64,000 nt of DNA from contig CAWBPZ010000007.1 of the NCBI GenBank assembly GCA_963790855.1, forward strand, positions 236,949 to 300,948. The letters run 5' to 3'. The position numbers and the translations under genes are program-made. The notes beneath the pieces are model-generated. The model saw only the letters and a program-made list of their open reading frames with translations, had not been told where the DNA came from and did no database searches. This stretch comes from an uncultured Acidobacteriota bacterium. Lineage in GTDB: Bacteria; Acidobacteriota; Terriglobia; Acidiferrales; UBA7541. Shown piece by piece: positions 1-10,240 of the stretch (the first letter of the stretch is position 1; each line of letters opens with the position of its first letter).

Positions 1-1
1 T

Positions 2-397
2 ATTGCGATCGGGTCGCGCGCGCTGGACCGTTCGCTGATTTCAGTACATCAATCGCGACACCGTGAATTGGCTGGAATGGTGTTCAACGGATTGGTGCGC
101 GTGATTACGGGGTTGCCGTTTTCCGATACGCAGTGCGGGTTCAAGATCTTCCGGCGGGAACCGTCGCGGATTATTTTCGAGCAGCAGCGGATTGAAGGCT
201 TCGGCTTCGATCCGGAAATCCTGTTTCTTGCCAAGCGCCACGGCCTGCGCACTGCAGAGGTGCCGGTGCGGTGGGCGCACGACGCAGCGACGAAGGTGCA
301 GGTGCTGCGTGATAGCGCGATGATGTTCTTCGATCTTCTATTGATCCGCTGGAACTGGCTACTGGGGCGCTACCCCAAGAGAAACGGCGCGCGTTAG
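2..397 (+). CDS. Glycosyltransferase family 2 (dolichyl-phosphate-sugar synthase-like), C-terminal part; 5' end lies outside the window
   Basis: The frame is open to the window edge. The translation FSDTQCGFKIFRREP...GFGFDPEILFLAKRHG...VPVRWAHD matches the conserved C-terminal core of GT2 enzymes. Confidence 0.7.
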   Translation: MAIGSRALDRSLISVHQSRHRELAGMVFNGLVRVITGLPFSDTQCGFKIFRREPSRIIFEQQRIEGFGFDPEILFLAKRHGLRTAEVPVRWAHDAATKVQVLRDSAMMFFDLLLIRWNWLLGRYPKRNGAR

Positions 398-408
398 GGA
401 TTGTGTTC

Positions 409-2922
409 TTACGCGTCGCTGAATGATTGGCCGCGCGGCTGATCTTTGGCGAGCGGCGGCGGAGCGCTCGGCTCGCTGAAATCCTTGGTCCAATGCCAGT
501 TGCGAATTTCCGGCATGTCCTGGAAATGCTCGCGGATGTACGCGTGATGTTCGTATAACTTCCGGTTAAACATATCCATCGCGTCCGAGGCCTGCGATCT
601 TAGTCGCGGGACGTGCTTTAGCGCGTCAATCGCCAGGTGGAACCGGCTCATTTTATTCAGGACCACCATATCGAAGGGCGTAGTGGTGGTGCCCCAGTCG
701 TTGAATCCGCGCACGTGGACGCGGCCTTCGTTCGCACGGCCGTGGACCATGCTGTGAATCAGCCAGCGGTAGCCGTGGAACGCGAAGACGACGTCCACAT
801 CGCGGGTGAAGAGCGCTTCGAAGGAAATATTGTCCATGCCGTGCGGATGATCGTCAGGGCTCATCAGTGAATTGAGATCCACGACGTTTACGACGCGCAC
901 TTTGATGCCGGGGACGTGTTTTTGCAACAGCCAGGAAGTGGCGCAGGCTTCGATGGTGGGCACGTCGCCGGCGCAGGCGAGGACGATATCCGGTTGCGTA
1001 CCGCCGTCGTTCGTTGCGAAATTCCAAATGGAGGCGCCTTGGGAGCAATGCGCGAGGGCTTCGTCGAAGCTGAGCCATTGCAGCTGAGGTTGCTTTCCGC
1101 AGGTGACGACGTTGACGTAATTGCGGCTGCGCAGGCAGTGGTCAACAACATTCAGCAGGCAATTGGCGTCGGGCGGATAGTAAACGCGGGCGACTTCGCT
1201 GCGGCGTTGCAATGCGTTGTCCACGAAGCCGGGGGCTTGGTGGCTGAAGCCGTTGTGATCGTTGCGCCAGGCGTGGCCGGTGAGGAAAACATTTAGAGAT
1301 GAGAGGGGGCGGCGCCAGGGAAAATCGATGCATTGCTCGAGCCATTTAGCGTGTTGCGTGACCATGGAGTCCACTACTTGCGCGAAGGCTTCGTAGGACG
1401 ACCAGATGCCATGGCGGCCGGTGAGGAGATAGCCTTCGAGCCAGCCTTCGCAGAGATGTTCGCTGAGGACTTCGAGGACGCGACCGTCGGGAGCGAGGTG
1501 GTCGTCGATGGAAACTGTTTGCTCCATGGTGCAGCGATTGGTGGCTTCGAAGACGGAGTTCAGGCGGTTGGAGTTGGTTTCGTCGGGGCAGAAGAGGCGG
1601 AAATTTGTGGGATTTTGTTGGATGACATCGCGGAGATATTCGCCGAGTTTGCGCGGAGCCTCGGCGACGACTTGCCCGGGGCCGGGGACTTCGAGGGCAT
1701 AGCGCGCGAAATCGGGAAGATCGAGCGCTTTCAGAACGCGGCCGCCGTTGACGTGAGGGCTTGCGCCCATGCGTTTGTTGCCGTCGGGCGCGAGCACGGC
1801 GAGTTCGGGGATGAGGCGGCCTTGTTGGTCGAATAATTTTTCGGGTTCGTATTTGCGCATCCATTGTTCGAGGAGTTTCAGGTGCGCGGGATCTTCGCAG
1901 ACGTTCGCGAGTGGGACCTGGTGGGCGCGGAAGGTGCCTTCGATGGGGGTGCCGTCCACGTCTTTCGGGCAGGTCCAGCCTTTCGGAGTGCGCAGGATGA
2001 TCATGGGCCAGGGGCGCAGGATGGCTTTACCTTTTGCGCTGTCGGAGCGCGCGTCGTTTTGGATTGTACGAATTTCCGCGTAGCAGCGATCGAGTGCGGC
2101 GGCGAGCTGTTGATGGACGATTGCGGGATCTTCGCCTTCGACGAAGTAGGGGGCGTAGCCGTGGCCGCGAAATTGCGCGAGGAGCTCTTCGTCGGTGGAA
2201 CGCGCGGTGACCGTGGGGCCAGAAATTTTGTATCCGTTCAGATGAAGGATTGGCAGGACCGCGCCGTCGCGGGCGGGATTCAGGAATTTGACGCTTTTCC
2301 AGCTGCCTTCGAGCGGGCAGGTTTCGGCTTCGCCATCGCCGACGACGCAGGCGACGATCAGGTTGGGATTATCGAACGCGGCGCCGAATGCGTGCATCAG
2401 CGAATAGCCGAGTTCGCCGCCTTCGTGCATGGAATTGGGCGTGTGCGGGCCGCAGTGACTGGGAATTCCTCCGGGCGTCGAAAAAGAGCGGAAGAGGAGA
2501 CGCATGCCGGCGGAGTCTTGAGTGATTTCGGGATGGACGTCGGTGTAGGTGCCTTCCAGATAGGCGCAGGCATTGAGAGTGGGGCCGCCGTGGCCGGGGC
2601 CGGAGATATAGATGATGTCGGCCTGGGTGTCGCGGATGAGGCGATTCAAGTGGACGTAGATGAAATTTTGTCCGGCGGAAGTGCCCCAGTGACCCAGCAG
2701 GCGGGGTTTGATGTGGGCTTTGGTGAGGGGCTCGCGGAGGAGAGGATTGTCCAGGAGGTAGATTTGGCCGACGCAGAGATAATTTGCGGCATACCAGTAG
2801 CGTTGCATTTTATCGAGGAGGTCGGCGGAGAGCGGGCCTGTTGGAGTTGGCGCTGGTGCCTTGGCAGATTGCGGCGGCGGGGCTTCGATTGCGGTGGAGA
2901 GCTTGGCATCAAATGTAAACAT
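409..2922 (-). CDS. xfp: Xylulose-5-phosphate/fructose-6-phosphate phosphoketolase
   Basis: Motifs [30 protein letters not shown] and [10 protein letters not shown] are typical of XFP phosphoketolases. The preferred ATG at 2922 (MFTFDAK) follows GAGG and lies 7 nt after the ackA stop. Confidence 0.9.
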   Translation of the reverse strand: MFTFDAKLSTAIEAPPPQSAKAPAPTPTGPLSADLLDKMQRYWYAANYLCVGQIYLLDNPLLREPLTKAHIKPRLLGHWGTSAGQNFIYVHLNRLIRDTQADIIYISGPGHGGPTLNACAYLEGTYTDVHPEITQDSAGMRLLFRSFSTPGGIPSHCGPHTPNSMHEGGELGYSLMHAFGAAFDNPNLIVACVVGDGEAETCPLEGSWKSVKFLNPARDGAVLPILHLNGYKISGPTVTARSTDEELLAQFRGHGYAPYFVEGEDPAIVHQQLAAALDRCYAEIRTIQNDARSDSAKGKAILRPWPMIILRTPKGWTCPKDVDGTPIEGTFRAHQVPLANVCEDPAHLKLLEQWMRKYEPEKLFDQQGRLIPELAVLAPDGNKRMGASPHVNGGRVLKALDLPDFARYALEVPGPGQVVAEAPRKLGEYLRDVIQQNPTNFRLFCPDETNSNRLNSVFEATNRCTMEQTVSIDDHLAPDGRVLEVLSEHLCEGWLEGYLLTGRHGIWSSYEAFAQVVDSMVTQHAKWLEQCIDFPWRRPLSSLNVFLTGHAWRNDHNGFSHQAPGFVDNALQRRSEVARVYYPPDANCLLNVVDHCLRSRNYVNVVTCGKQPQLQWLSFDEALAHCSQGASIWNFATNDGGTQPDIVLACAGDVPTIEACATSWLLQKHVPGIKVRVVNVVDLNSLMSPDDHPHGMDNISFEALFTRDVDVVFAFHGYRWLIHSMVHGRANEGRVHVRGFNDWGTTTTPFDMVVLNKMSRFHLAIDALKHVPRLRSQASDAMDMFNRKLYEHHAYIREHFQDMPEIRNWHWTKDFSEPSAPPPLAKDQPRGQSFSDA

Positions 2923-2929
2923 GGGGACC

Positions 2930-4135
2930 TCACTTCGTCTTCGGTGCACTTTGGCCGAGAACGGTGGTTACGTCTTGCACGATCATTAGATCTTCGTTGG
3001 TTTGTATGACGCGCACGTTAACGCGGCTGGTGGTTGTGGAGATTACGGGGGCGTTCTGTTCATTGCGTGTAAGGTCGAGCTGGATGCCGAGGAATTCAAG
3101 GCCACTGCAGATGTTGGCGCGAATGGCTGCGGCGCGCTCGCCGATTCCTCCGGTGAAGACTAGCGCATCGAGGCCGTGGAGCGCTGCGGCGTAGGCGCCG
3201 ATGTATTTTTTTGCGCGATAGCAGAATAAATCGATGGCTTCGGCTGCGTTGGGGTCTTGCTTTGCCTTTTCGAGCAGGGTGCGCATGTCACCCGTGATGC
3301 CGGAAACTCCCAGCAAGCCGGATTGTTTGTTAAGCAGCGCGGCGGCTTCTTTCGCGGACATTTTCTTTTGTGCGAGCAGATAAAGCAGCAGGCCGGGGTC
3401 AACGTCACCCGAGCGGGTGCTCATGACGAGTCCTTCGAGGGGCGTGAATCCCATGGACGTGTCCATGCTTTTTCCGTCTTTGAGCGCGACCATGCTGGCG
3501 CCACTGCCGAGGTGGGCGATGATGACGCGACCGGCGGCGAGTTTGGGGTCGAGCTTGCGGAGTTCGCCCATGATGTATTCGAAGGATAGGCCGTGGAAAC
3601 CGTAGCGGCGGACGTTTTGATCGTAGAGTCGCCGCGGCAGAGCGTACATTTTCGCTACCGTTGGCAACGAGCTATGAAACGCGGTGTCGAAACATGCTAC
3701 TTGCGCGAGCTTCGGAAATTTCTTTGCGATGAATTGGATTCCTTTGATTGCGGCGGGGAGATGATCAGGATCGAGCGGGACGAGTTTTTTGAGCGCGGAT
3801 AGAAATTTCGGTGTAATGCGCTGCGGCTGGGTGTAGCGCGCGCCGCCGTGAACGAGGCGGTGGCCTGCGGCCTTCAGCCCCGAAAGATATTCGTTCTTAT
3901 CCAGCCACGCGAAAATCGCATCCAGGGCGGCATTTGAGTCTCTGCCATTTACCGATGAATCGAGCAGCGACACGCCATTCGCATCGGCAATCTTCAAATG
4001 CGCGCTTGCCGCAACGGTATAAGCTACCGAAATCGAGAGCAGAGCTTCGTTGCGCGCGCCGACTTCGTAGAGGGTGGACTTCAAGGTCGCGGACCCTCTG
4101 TTCATTGTCAAAATTCGCTGGGGCTGCGAAGACAT
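2930..4135 (-). CDS. ackA: Acetate kinase
   Basis: Motifs [38 protein letters not shown] and FTGGIGE are present. The gene sits immediately upstream of xfp on the same strand. Confidence 0.9.
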   Translation of the reverse strand: MSSQPQRILTMNRGSATLKSTLYEVGARNEALLSISVAYTVAASAHLKIADANGVSLLDSSVNGRDSNAALDAIFAWLDKNEYLSGLKAAGHRLVHGGARYTQPQRITPKFLSALKKLVPLDPDHLPAAIKGIQFIAKKFPKLAQVACFDTAFHSSLPTVAKMYALPRRLYDQNVRRYGFHGLSFEYIMGELRKLDPKLAAGRVIIAHLGSGASMVALKDGKSMDTSMGFTPLEGLVMSTRSGDVDPGLLLYLLAQKKMSAKEAAALLNKQSGLLGVSGITGDMRTLLEKAKQDPNAAEAIDLFCYRAKKYIGAYAAALHGLDALVFTGGIGERAAAIRANICSGLEFLGIQLDLTRNEQNAPVISTTTSRVNVRVIQTNEDLMIVQDVTTVLGQSAPKTK

Positions 4136-4191
4136 ATACCGTCGAGCCTCAAGTTGGCGCGGGCGCTCTTTCGTCGAGCGTGGGCACCGCC

Positions 4192-5397
4192 TTATTTTAC
4201 CGCGGCGGGTGGCGTTTGCGATTCATCGAGGAGTTCTTTCAGATCTTGCTGCCAGAGGGCGGCCCAGGTGTGGGTGCCGTGGCCGTGAGTTTGTTCGGAA
4301 GCGGGGATCAGGACGAATTTGCCGTTTTTAACTTTTTGGATTTCGCGTTCGGCGATGCCCAGGTCGGGCGGGTTGATGAAATCGTCGGCGGAATTCACGA
4401 ACATGACCGGGACAGAAATTTTTCCGAGGCCCGCGGCGGGATCGTAGTTGCGTGAGGAATTCACGGCGTAGAGCAGATCGTTCGCGTCGAGAGTTTGCAT
4501 TTCGCGTTTCATTACGTCTTGCAGCCAGCGGTCGGCGACGTCGCGGGTGGGCAGGCTTTGCTGCATGGGAAGCGGGGCGCTGCCGGCGATGATTAGCATA
4601 TCCGCGGCGATTTCCAGTCCGGCGCGCGGTTCGGTGGTGTAATCGCCATTTTGCCAATCGGGATCCTGGCGAATTCCAGAGATGACCATCCTGCGCCAGA
4701 CGCGATTGCGCCCGGCAATTTGCACGGGAAGGCAGGCGAGAGGCATAAGCGCATCCATGAAGTCGGGATAGGTTTCGCCCCAGATCCAAGAGTGCATGCA
4801 GCCCATGGAAGTGCCCATGACCAGGCGGAGATGGTTGACTTTGAGACCTTTTTCCACGAGCTCGTGCTGCGCGGCGACCATGTCGTCATATTCGTATTGA
4901 GGAAAATGCGCGTGCATCCCGTCGCTGGGCTTGCTGGATCGTCCGTGGCCGATGTTGTCGGGGAGGATGATGTAGTAGCGGGTGATGTCGAGGAGCTGGC
5001 CGGGACCGTAGAGCACGCTGGCGAATTGTGGCACGAGGAAATTTCCACCCCAGCCGCCAGTGCCGTGGAGGATTAGGACCGCGTTGGTGACGCGGCCGTT
5101 GGCATCGCGCGTGGGAGTACCGAGGGTGCGGTAATGCAGGCGCAATTCGGGGAGGGTTTCGCCGGATTTGAAGTGGAAATCGCGGGCGACGTAGTCGCCT
5201 TCGAGGGGTTTGTAGGTTTGCGTGGAAGCGGCGTTGGCGGGCGCGGGTTGGGCGATTGGTGGCGGGGCTTGTTGCGCGCGGGATGCGGGAGCGAGCTGCG
5301 TGGCTAGCGCTAGAAGGATCGTTGCAAATCCAAATTTCGATACTTTGTGATTTGAAACTCGCCACGCTGAAAACGAGATCCTTGCGTTCACGGTCAT
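4192..5397 (-). CDS. Exported alpha/beta-fold hydrolase (MetX-like fold family)
   Basis: Hydrophobic N-terminal signal (FATILLALATQLAPASRAQQ), ILHGTGGWGG and the nucleophile elbow GTSMGCM. Confidence 0.7.
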   Translation of the reverse strand: MTVNARISFSAWRVSNHKVSKFGFATILLALATQLAPASRAQQAPPPIAQPAPANAASTQTYKPLEGDYVARDFHFKSGETLPELRLHYRTLGTPTRDANGRVTNAVLILHGTGGWGGNFLVPQFASVLYGPGQLLDITRYYIILPDNIGHGRSSKPSDGMHAHFPQYEYDDMVAAQHELVEKGLKVNHLRLVMGTSMGCMHSWIWGETYPDFMDALMPLACLPVQIAGRNRVWRRMVISGIRQDPDWQNGDYTTEPRAGLEIAADMLIIAGSAPLPMQQSLPTRDVADRWLQDVMKREMQTLDANDLLYAVNSSRNYDPAAGLGKISVPVMFVNSADDFINPPDLGIAEREIQKVKNGKFVLIPASEQTHGHGTHTWAALWQQDLKELLDESQTPPAAVK

Positions 5398-5515
5398 TTC
5401 TCCTCGCGCGACACTTTAACATGAGAGGGTGTGGCGGCTTATCGCACATCGCGACGGTGAAACGATCTTTGGTCTGGCGTCACTATAGTACAGGGCGAAA
5501 AAGAGGAGGCGAGCG

Positions 5516-5713
5516 ATGAGATACGAGTCGTGGATTGCAACCTCGCCCGACGGAAAAATTGTGAGGTTTGCATACAAGGAGCTGTCGGATGGCATCGCGG
5601 GGATTTCCGCGAAGACGGACGGGAGATTTGTGATGATTTTGCAGAGGAGCATTCGCGCGCCGCTGACGCGAGAGCAAGTGCAGGCGGTCTTCGAGCAGGC
5701 GTGTTTTGACTAA
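5516..5713 (+). CDS. Small hypothetical protein (65 aa)
   Basis: ATG lies 6 nt after a strong AGGAGG RBS. I recognise no family. Confidence 0.45.
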   Translation: MRYESWIATSPDGKIVRFAYKELSDGIAGISAKTDGRFVMILQRSIRAPLTREQVQAVFEQACFD

Positions 5714-5825
5714 GGCGATTGGTGAGCGCCGAATATTTTTGTCGTTCGCGCTCGCGATTTGAATGCGAAAAGCAGATCCCTCAGCGCTGCGCGGGTTCGG
5801 GATGACGGCGTTTCTCTGTGAACAG

Positions 5826-7778
5826 TTAAACCTTCACGGCAGCGCGGATTCTGGGCCAGCCGGTTACCGCGGCTTTCAGCTTGGGATCTTTTTCGATTGC
5901 GTCGAGCACGGCTTTTATGACTTGTTCGTCTATATCGGGAGCGGTGCGGATTTCCGTGGGATAGCGAACGAGGAATTCCAGGCTCGTATCGGCGTAATGT
6001 AATTTGGCCTGAGGCTCGGGCGGCTTCATCTGGATTTCGATGCGGCGTTCGAGGTCGTTGTGCTGGCGCTCGATGTCCTTCTTATATTTGTCGTAAACCG
6101 AATTGACGGCGGCGAGCAATTTATCTTCCGCGAGCTGGAAGTCAGCGCCTGCGACGAACTGCAGCACGACTTCGTGCCAGGTATACTCTGTGCCGGGAAT
6201 TTGTTTGTACAAAGGCGTGGTGGCCTGGAAGAGGACGGCGTTGGAGAAGACCACGATGCGACCCGTGGGATACAGATTCACATCGCTGCCGGCGAGTTCC
6301 ATCAAGTAGAAACGCACGGGTGAGACGTCAATCACGTCGCCCGTGACACCCGCGATGCTGACGCGGTCTCCGATGCGGATTCCGTAGCGGCCGATCACAA
6401 AAAAGTAAGCGGCGACGGAGAGAAGGACTGCCTGCAACCCTACGGCGATGCCGGCTGTGGCGAAGCCTGCGAAAGTGGCGAGCGAACTGAAATCGCTGAC
6501 GATGCCGAGAGTGAGAACGGCGGCGATCAAGAAACCCATGACGAAGCGGCGCAGAAGCATGAACTGGCGTCGTCGGCGCAAATCCTGGATGTAACGGAAC
6601 GTCCACCTGCGCCACACTTCGGAAAGAATCCAGATGATTCCCAAGGCAAGGAGAATGGCGACGGCGCTGGAGACCACGGAGCGGAGGGCTTCTTTGGACT
6701 CGCGGGCGATGGAGTTGCGCCAGTTGAGGAAATTAGCGCGGCTTTGATCGAGGACCATCATTTCCTGGCTGAGCGGAATCACCACATTCGAAAGTTGCTT
6801 GAATTGGCCGGTAAGAGCGCGCAGTTCCTGCTGGGCCGCTTTGGCTTGGGCGGGATCGGAGGGCGGGGTCTGAGTCGTGAGATCGCGGCCGCGTTGGATG
6901 GTGGAAGCCAAGGTATCGCGCATGGGTTTGCGGAGGGCCGCGGCGTTTTGACGGACGCGGGAGGTTTCGTTGGCCATCTCGTCGATGCTGTGCATAGTGC
7001 GCAGCTCCGCGTATAGGGTGAGGCAATGGCCGATCAGTCCAGCGGATTTTGAAATCGTGGGCTGGATGGCGGCGGGCTTGGCCGCGGGCTTCTGGGCATT
7101 GGGGTCGCCGAGGACTTCCGGGACGGTCCGTGCGAGATCGTTGATGCTGCCGGCGAATCCTCCGACACCGGATTCTTCGCTGCTCTCGACGAAGGTCGCG
7201 AGTTTCTGAACCGCGTCCTGCGTTGCCTGGTCGAGCGCGATTTCAGCTTGCAGCGAGTCTCTTTGTGCGGTGAGAGTTTGACGCTTGCTGTTCGGCGCGG
7301 ATGCGATCTGTTTATTCAGGGCATCCAACTTGTCCTGGTTTTGGTCTATACGGGCTTTGAGGGTGGCCAGCGTCTGCGCGAGATTCTGTTGCTGGCCGGA
7401 GGATCCCGAAGCCTCCGGCGTCGCCGCCGGAGCGGCTTGATCCGAGGCGTCTTTCAGAACCGCGGCGGCCTGCGCGGATTGAAACGCGAGACGCACTGCC
7501 TGTTGCGCGAGATTTTGCGCAGTGTCCTGATAGATCGCGTCACTGGGGAGGCCGACGGACTGAACTTTGGAACTGGAATCGCGGTACCAGCTGATGATGG
7601 CGTTCAAATGACCGAGGAATGCGTCGCGATCGATCGCGGGCGCGGCGTTGCCGGCCGAAATGGCGCAAAACGCGAGGAGGCAAAGCAGGACTGCGGCGAT
7701 GAGCTCGTGGCGATGTGAGTGGAATGGAGTGATGATTCGCATGGTCGGTTTTTCTCTCTTTGGAATTTTGGCACGCAT
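5826..7778 (-). CDS. Mechanosensitive ion channel family protein (MscS-like) with a long coiled-coil N-terminal domain
   Basis: Signal or TM segment, Q/A-rich coiled-coil half, several TM helices, then the MscS beta-domain motif GDRVSIAGVTGDVIDVSPVRFYLME. The start could instead be ATG 7742 (MRIITPF). Confidence 0.8.
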   Translation of the reverse strand: MRAKIPKREKPTMRIITPFHSHRHELIAAVLLCLLAFCAISAGNAAPAIDRDAFLGHLNAIISWYRDSSSKVQSVGLPSDAIYQDTAQNLAQQAVRLAFQSAQAAAVLKDASDQAAPAATPEASGSSGQQQNLAQTLATLKARIDQNQDKLDALNKQIASAPNSKRQTLTAQRDSLQAEIALDQATQDAVQKLATFVESSEESGVGGFAGSINDLARTVPEVLGDPNAQKPAAKPAAIQPTISKSAGLIGHCLTLYAELRTMHSIDEMANETSRVRQNAAALRKPMRDTLASTIQRGRDLTTQTPPSDPAQAKAAQQELRALTGQFKQLSNVVIPLSQEMMVLDQSRANFLNWRNSIARESKEALRSVVSSAVAILLALGIIWILSEVWRRWTFRYIQDLRRRRQFMLLRRFVMGFLIAAVLTLGIVSDFSSLATFAGFATAGIAVGLQAVLLSVAAYFFVIGRYGIRIGDRVSIAGVTGDVIDVSPVRFYLMELAGSDVNLYPTGRIVVFSNAVLFQATTPLYKQIPGTEYTWHEVVLQFVAGADFQLAEDKLLAAVNSVYDKYKKDIERQHNDLERRIEIQMKPPEPQAKLHYADTSLEFLVRYPTEIRTAPDIDEQVIKAVLDAIEKDPKLKAAVTGWPRIRAAVKV

Positions 7779-8028
7779 GGTTCCCGCATCCCGGCTGCGG
7801 CGCGAATTCGATAGAGGATTACGGTCTCCTGAGCTTGATGGAATTGTGCCGCCGCAATCAGCGGAGAATCACGAGCTGGGGCAAACTTGGGGAAGCGATC
7901 TGGCTGGGGAGAAGACTTCCGTGGAACTGGGCTGCGTTCCACGGAACCATTATACAAGGATTGGAGCGGAGCGCTAATTGGCGAGCGAGGGGCCGAGATT
8001 GAATTAAGGCGCCTGGATATATCAGCAC

Positions 8029-8496
8029 ATGTGCGGCGTGAGCGGCTTCCGGCGGGTGCGGCGCGGTGATATAGTTCGTTTTGTGCGAGTGAATTGCGGA
8101 GTGCGGGCGCGATGGGTGGCGACGATTTTGTCGCTGGCGTTGGTTTGTGCCTTCACATGTTCGGGGGCCTGTGCACTTTGCGCGCGTTCGAGCGCGGCTG
8201 CGGCGACGGAGAGCCGTGGGTGCGGGCACGCGTCGGACGGTGTGGGAGGCGGCTCGCAGCAACAGGCGCCTGCTAAACCTGGTTGTTTTGGGCATCACCG
8301 TTTTGATTTCGATGCAATGCAGAGCGACGGGCTTTCGCGGATGCAGTTGAGCGCGACGCGTTATGCGACGCAGTTGTTCCAGGGCGTGGTTCACCTGGAA
8401 GTTGTGAACATGGGCGCATCGTTTTTTTCGGATTTAGCTCCGCCACGAGATGCGGCGATTTTTCCGCAGCAAAACAGTTCCATTCTTCGTATTTGA
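8029..8496 (+). CDS. Small Cys/His-containing exported protein, possibly DUF2946-like and metal-related
   Basis: G/C-ending codon bias resembles neighbouring genes. Hydrophobic segment ILSLALVCAFTCSGAC, then GCGH and CFGHH motifs and an APPR-type C-terminal motif. It lies directly upstream of the copper oxidase. The start is uncertain. Confidence 0.35.
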   Translation: MCGVSGFRRVRRGDIVRFVRVNCGVRARWVATILSLALVCAFTCSGACALCARSSAAAATESRGCGHASDGVGGGSQQQAPAKPGCFGHHRFDFDAMQSDGLSRMQLSATRYATQLFQGVVHLEVVNMGASFFSDLAPPRDAAIFPQQNSSILRI

Positions 8497-8692
8497 ATTC
8501 CTCGCTTCTGATCCTTCCTGTCTTGCCCTTCGAATCGCGTTTTGAGTGGGTGCGTTGCGGCGATCGCGTAGGGCAAAGTCAAATGCGCCCGCCTGGAAAA
8601 GCAGGCGGACGCTACAAATTCAAAAGCAACTGCAAGAGAGCTGGCAGGACGCCGACGCTACAAGAGGCAATGGCGAGGGACGGGAGGGGAAG

Positions 8693-10201
8693 ATGAAAAG
8701 GACGCGGCGGGATTTTTTGCAGGGGGCGGCGGTGCTTGGGGCTGGAGCGCTCGCTCCGGGGGCGCTGGGCGCTAGAAATTTGGCTGAGGCGCGGGGGCAG
8801 GCGCGCGCGGTTGCCGAACACGCTCGAACGGTGGCGGCGGATGGCGCGGGTTTTCGCGCGGTAGTGACGCCGGATGTGCCGGATTTGGCTTTTGCGATGG
8901 ACGGCAATGTAAAAGTGTTTCATTTGGTGGCGGAGCCGGTGCGGCAGGAAATATTTCCGGGGAAAAGTTTGAATTTGTGGGGGTACAACGGCAGCGCGCC
9001 CGGGCCGACGATTCAGGCGCGGCAGGGCGAGCGGGTGCGGATCATCGTCGATAATCATTTGCCGGAGCCGACTTCGATGCACTGGCATGGGTTCGACATT
9101 CCATTTGCGATGGACGGCGGGCCGGGGCTGTCGCAGGACGCGATTTCGCCGGGCGGACGGTACCTTTACGAATTCACGCTGCAGCAGGAAGGGACTTTGT
9201 TTTATCACTCGCACATGGCGATGCAGGAAATGATGGGGATGATTGGGGCGTTCATCATGCATCCGGCGGAGCCATACGATCCTCCGGTGGAAAAAGATTT
9301 CGCGATTATTTTGCAAGAGTATGCCGTGTTGCCGAACAATCCGACGCCGAATTCGATGAGCATGGAATTCAATTGGCTGACGTTGAATGGAAAATCGGGG
9401 CCGGCCAATACTCCGTTGATCGTGCGGATGGGGGATCGTGTGCGGTTGCGATTCATAAATCTGGGGATGGATCATCATCCGATTCATATGCACGGGCACC
9501 AATTTGTGATTACCGGGACGGAAGGCGGGCGCCAGCCGCGGGCTACTTGGGGGCCGAACAATACGGTGCTGGTCGGAGTGGCGCAGTCTCGCAATGTGGA
9601 GTTTGTGGCGACGAATCCGGGAGATTGGATGATTCATTGTCATATGCCACATCACATGATGAACCAAATGTCGTCTATGGCGGGGCCGATGACACGGCGC
9701 GCGGGAATGGTGGCGGGCGCGGGGATGGAGGAAGGGATGGGGATGATGCGCGGGGGCAGCGCGACGGCGGCGGAGAATGGGCCGAGCATGGGGCGAGGGA
9801 TGGGTGTGGGTTCGACGCTCGCGCAACCGAATGCGAATGGCACGATGACAGCGCAGACGTCGGCTTCTTCTTCGCAGCTGTCGTCACCACAGACGGCCGC
9901 GCAAGGAATGCCGGGGATGCAGATGGGGCAGGCGGACGTTAGTAAGGATGCGAATTCGGTACCGGGATTTCCGCAGGATGCGTTCATGGAAAGTCCGGCG
10001 ATGGCGATGGATGCAATGGTGGAGAAGCCGGAGACTTTTGGGTTGCGTCCCGGATGGAGCGGGTACATGCAGGGGATGATGACTTTGATTCGCGTGCTGC
10101 CGGCGGAGCGTTATGAGGAAATTGTGAATTTGCAGAAGAAACGGCGGGGTAGTGGCGGTACGACGATGCCGGGGATGAGTGGTGCGGTTGAGCGGCGTTA
10201 G
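8693..10201 (+). CDS. Tat-exported multicopper oxidase (CopA/PcoA-like) with a methionine-rich region
   Basis: Twin-arginine motif RRDFLQGAAVLGAG. Copper-ligand motifs HWHG, HSHMAMQ, HPIHMHGH and HCHMPHHMMNQM. The start was trimmed to ATG 8693, which follows GGGAGGGG. Confidence 0.85.
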   Translation: MKRTRRDFLQGAAVLGAGALAPGALGARNLAEARGQARAVAEHARTVAADGAGFRAVVTPDVPDLAFAMDGNVKVFHLVAEPVRQEIFPGKSLNLWGYNGSAPGPTIQARQGERVRIIVDNHLPEPTSMHWHGFDIPFAMDGGPGLSQDAISPGGRYLYEFTLQQEGTLFYHSHMAMQEMMGMIGAFIMHPAEPYDPPVEKDFAIILQEYAVLPNNPTPNSMSMEFNWLTLNGKSGPANTPLIVRMGDRVRLRFINLGMDHHPIHMHGHQFVITGTEGGRQPRATWGPNNTVLVGVAQSRNVEFVATNPGDWMIHCHMPHHMMNQMSSMAGPMTRRAGMVAGAGMEEGMGMMRGGSATAAENGPSMGRGMGVGSTLAQPNANGTMTAQTSASSSQLSSPQTAAQGMPGMQMGQADVSKDANSVPGFPQDAFMESPAMAMDAMVEKPETFGLRPGWSGYMQGMMTLIRVLPAERYEEIVNLQKKRRGSGGTTMPGMSGAVERR

Positions 10202-10240
10202 AGGATGGGCTTGCTGCATGCGGAATACGGGAGATTGCTC

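Noticed and set aside
1864-3009. A 381-aa plus-strand ORF opposite xfp. Similar long antisense ORFs occur elsewhere, for example 8612-9826, 10271-11116, 11132-12172, 13332-14219, 17755-18717, 18733-19539, 23618-24412, 36019-36780, 46526-47263 and 57641-58408.
   Set aside because: They have Arg/Gly/Ala/His-rich composition typical of the wrong frame in GC-rich DNA. Each fully overlaps a gene with clear family motifs on the other strand.
8589-8608. A CCGCCTG-gaaaag-CAGGCGG hairpin in the leader of the multicopper oxidase gene, considered as a terminator or attenuator.
   Set aside because: There is no downstream U-tract and no alternative-pairing partner was spotted. No MerR/CueR-type CCTTCC-N7-GGAAGG operator was found nearby either.
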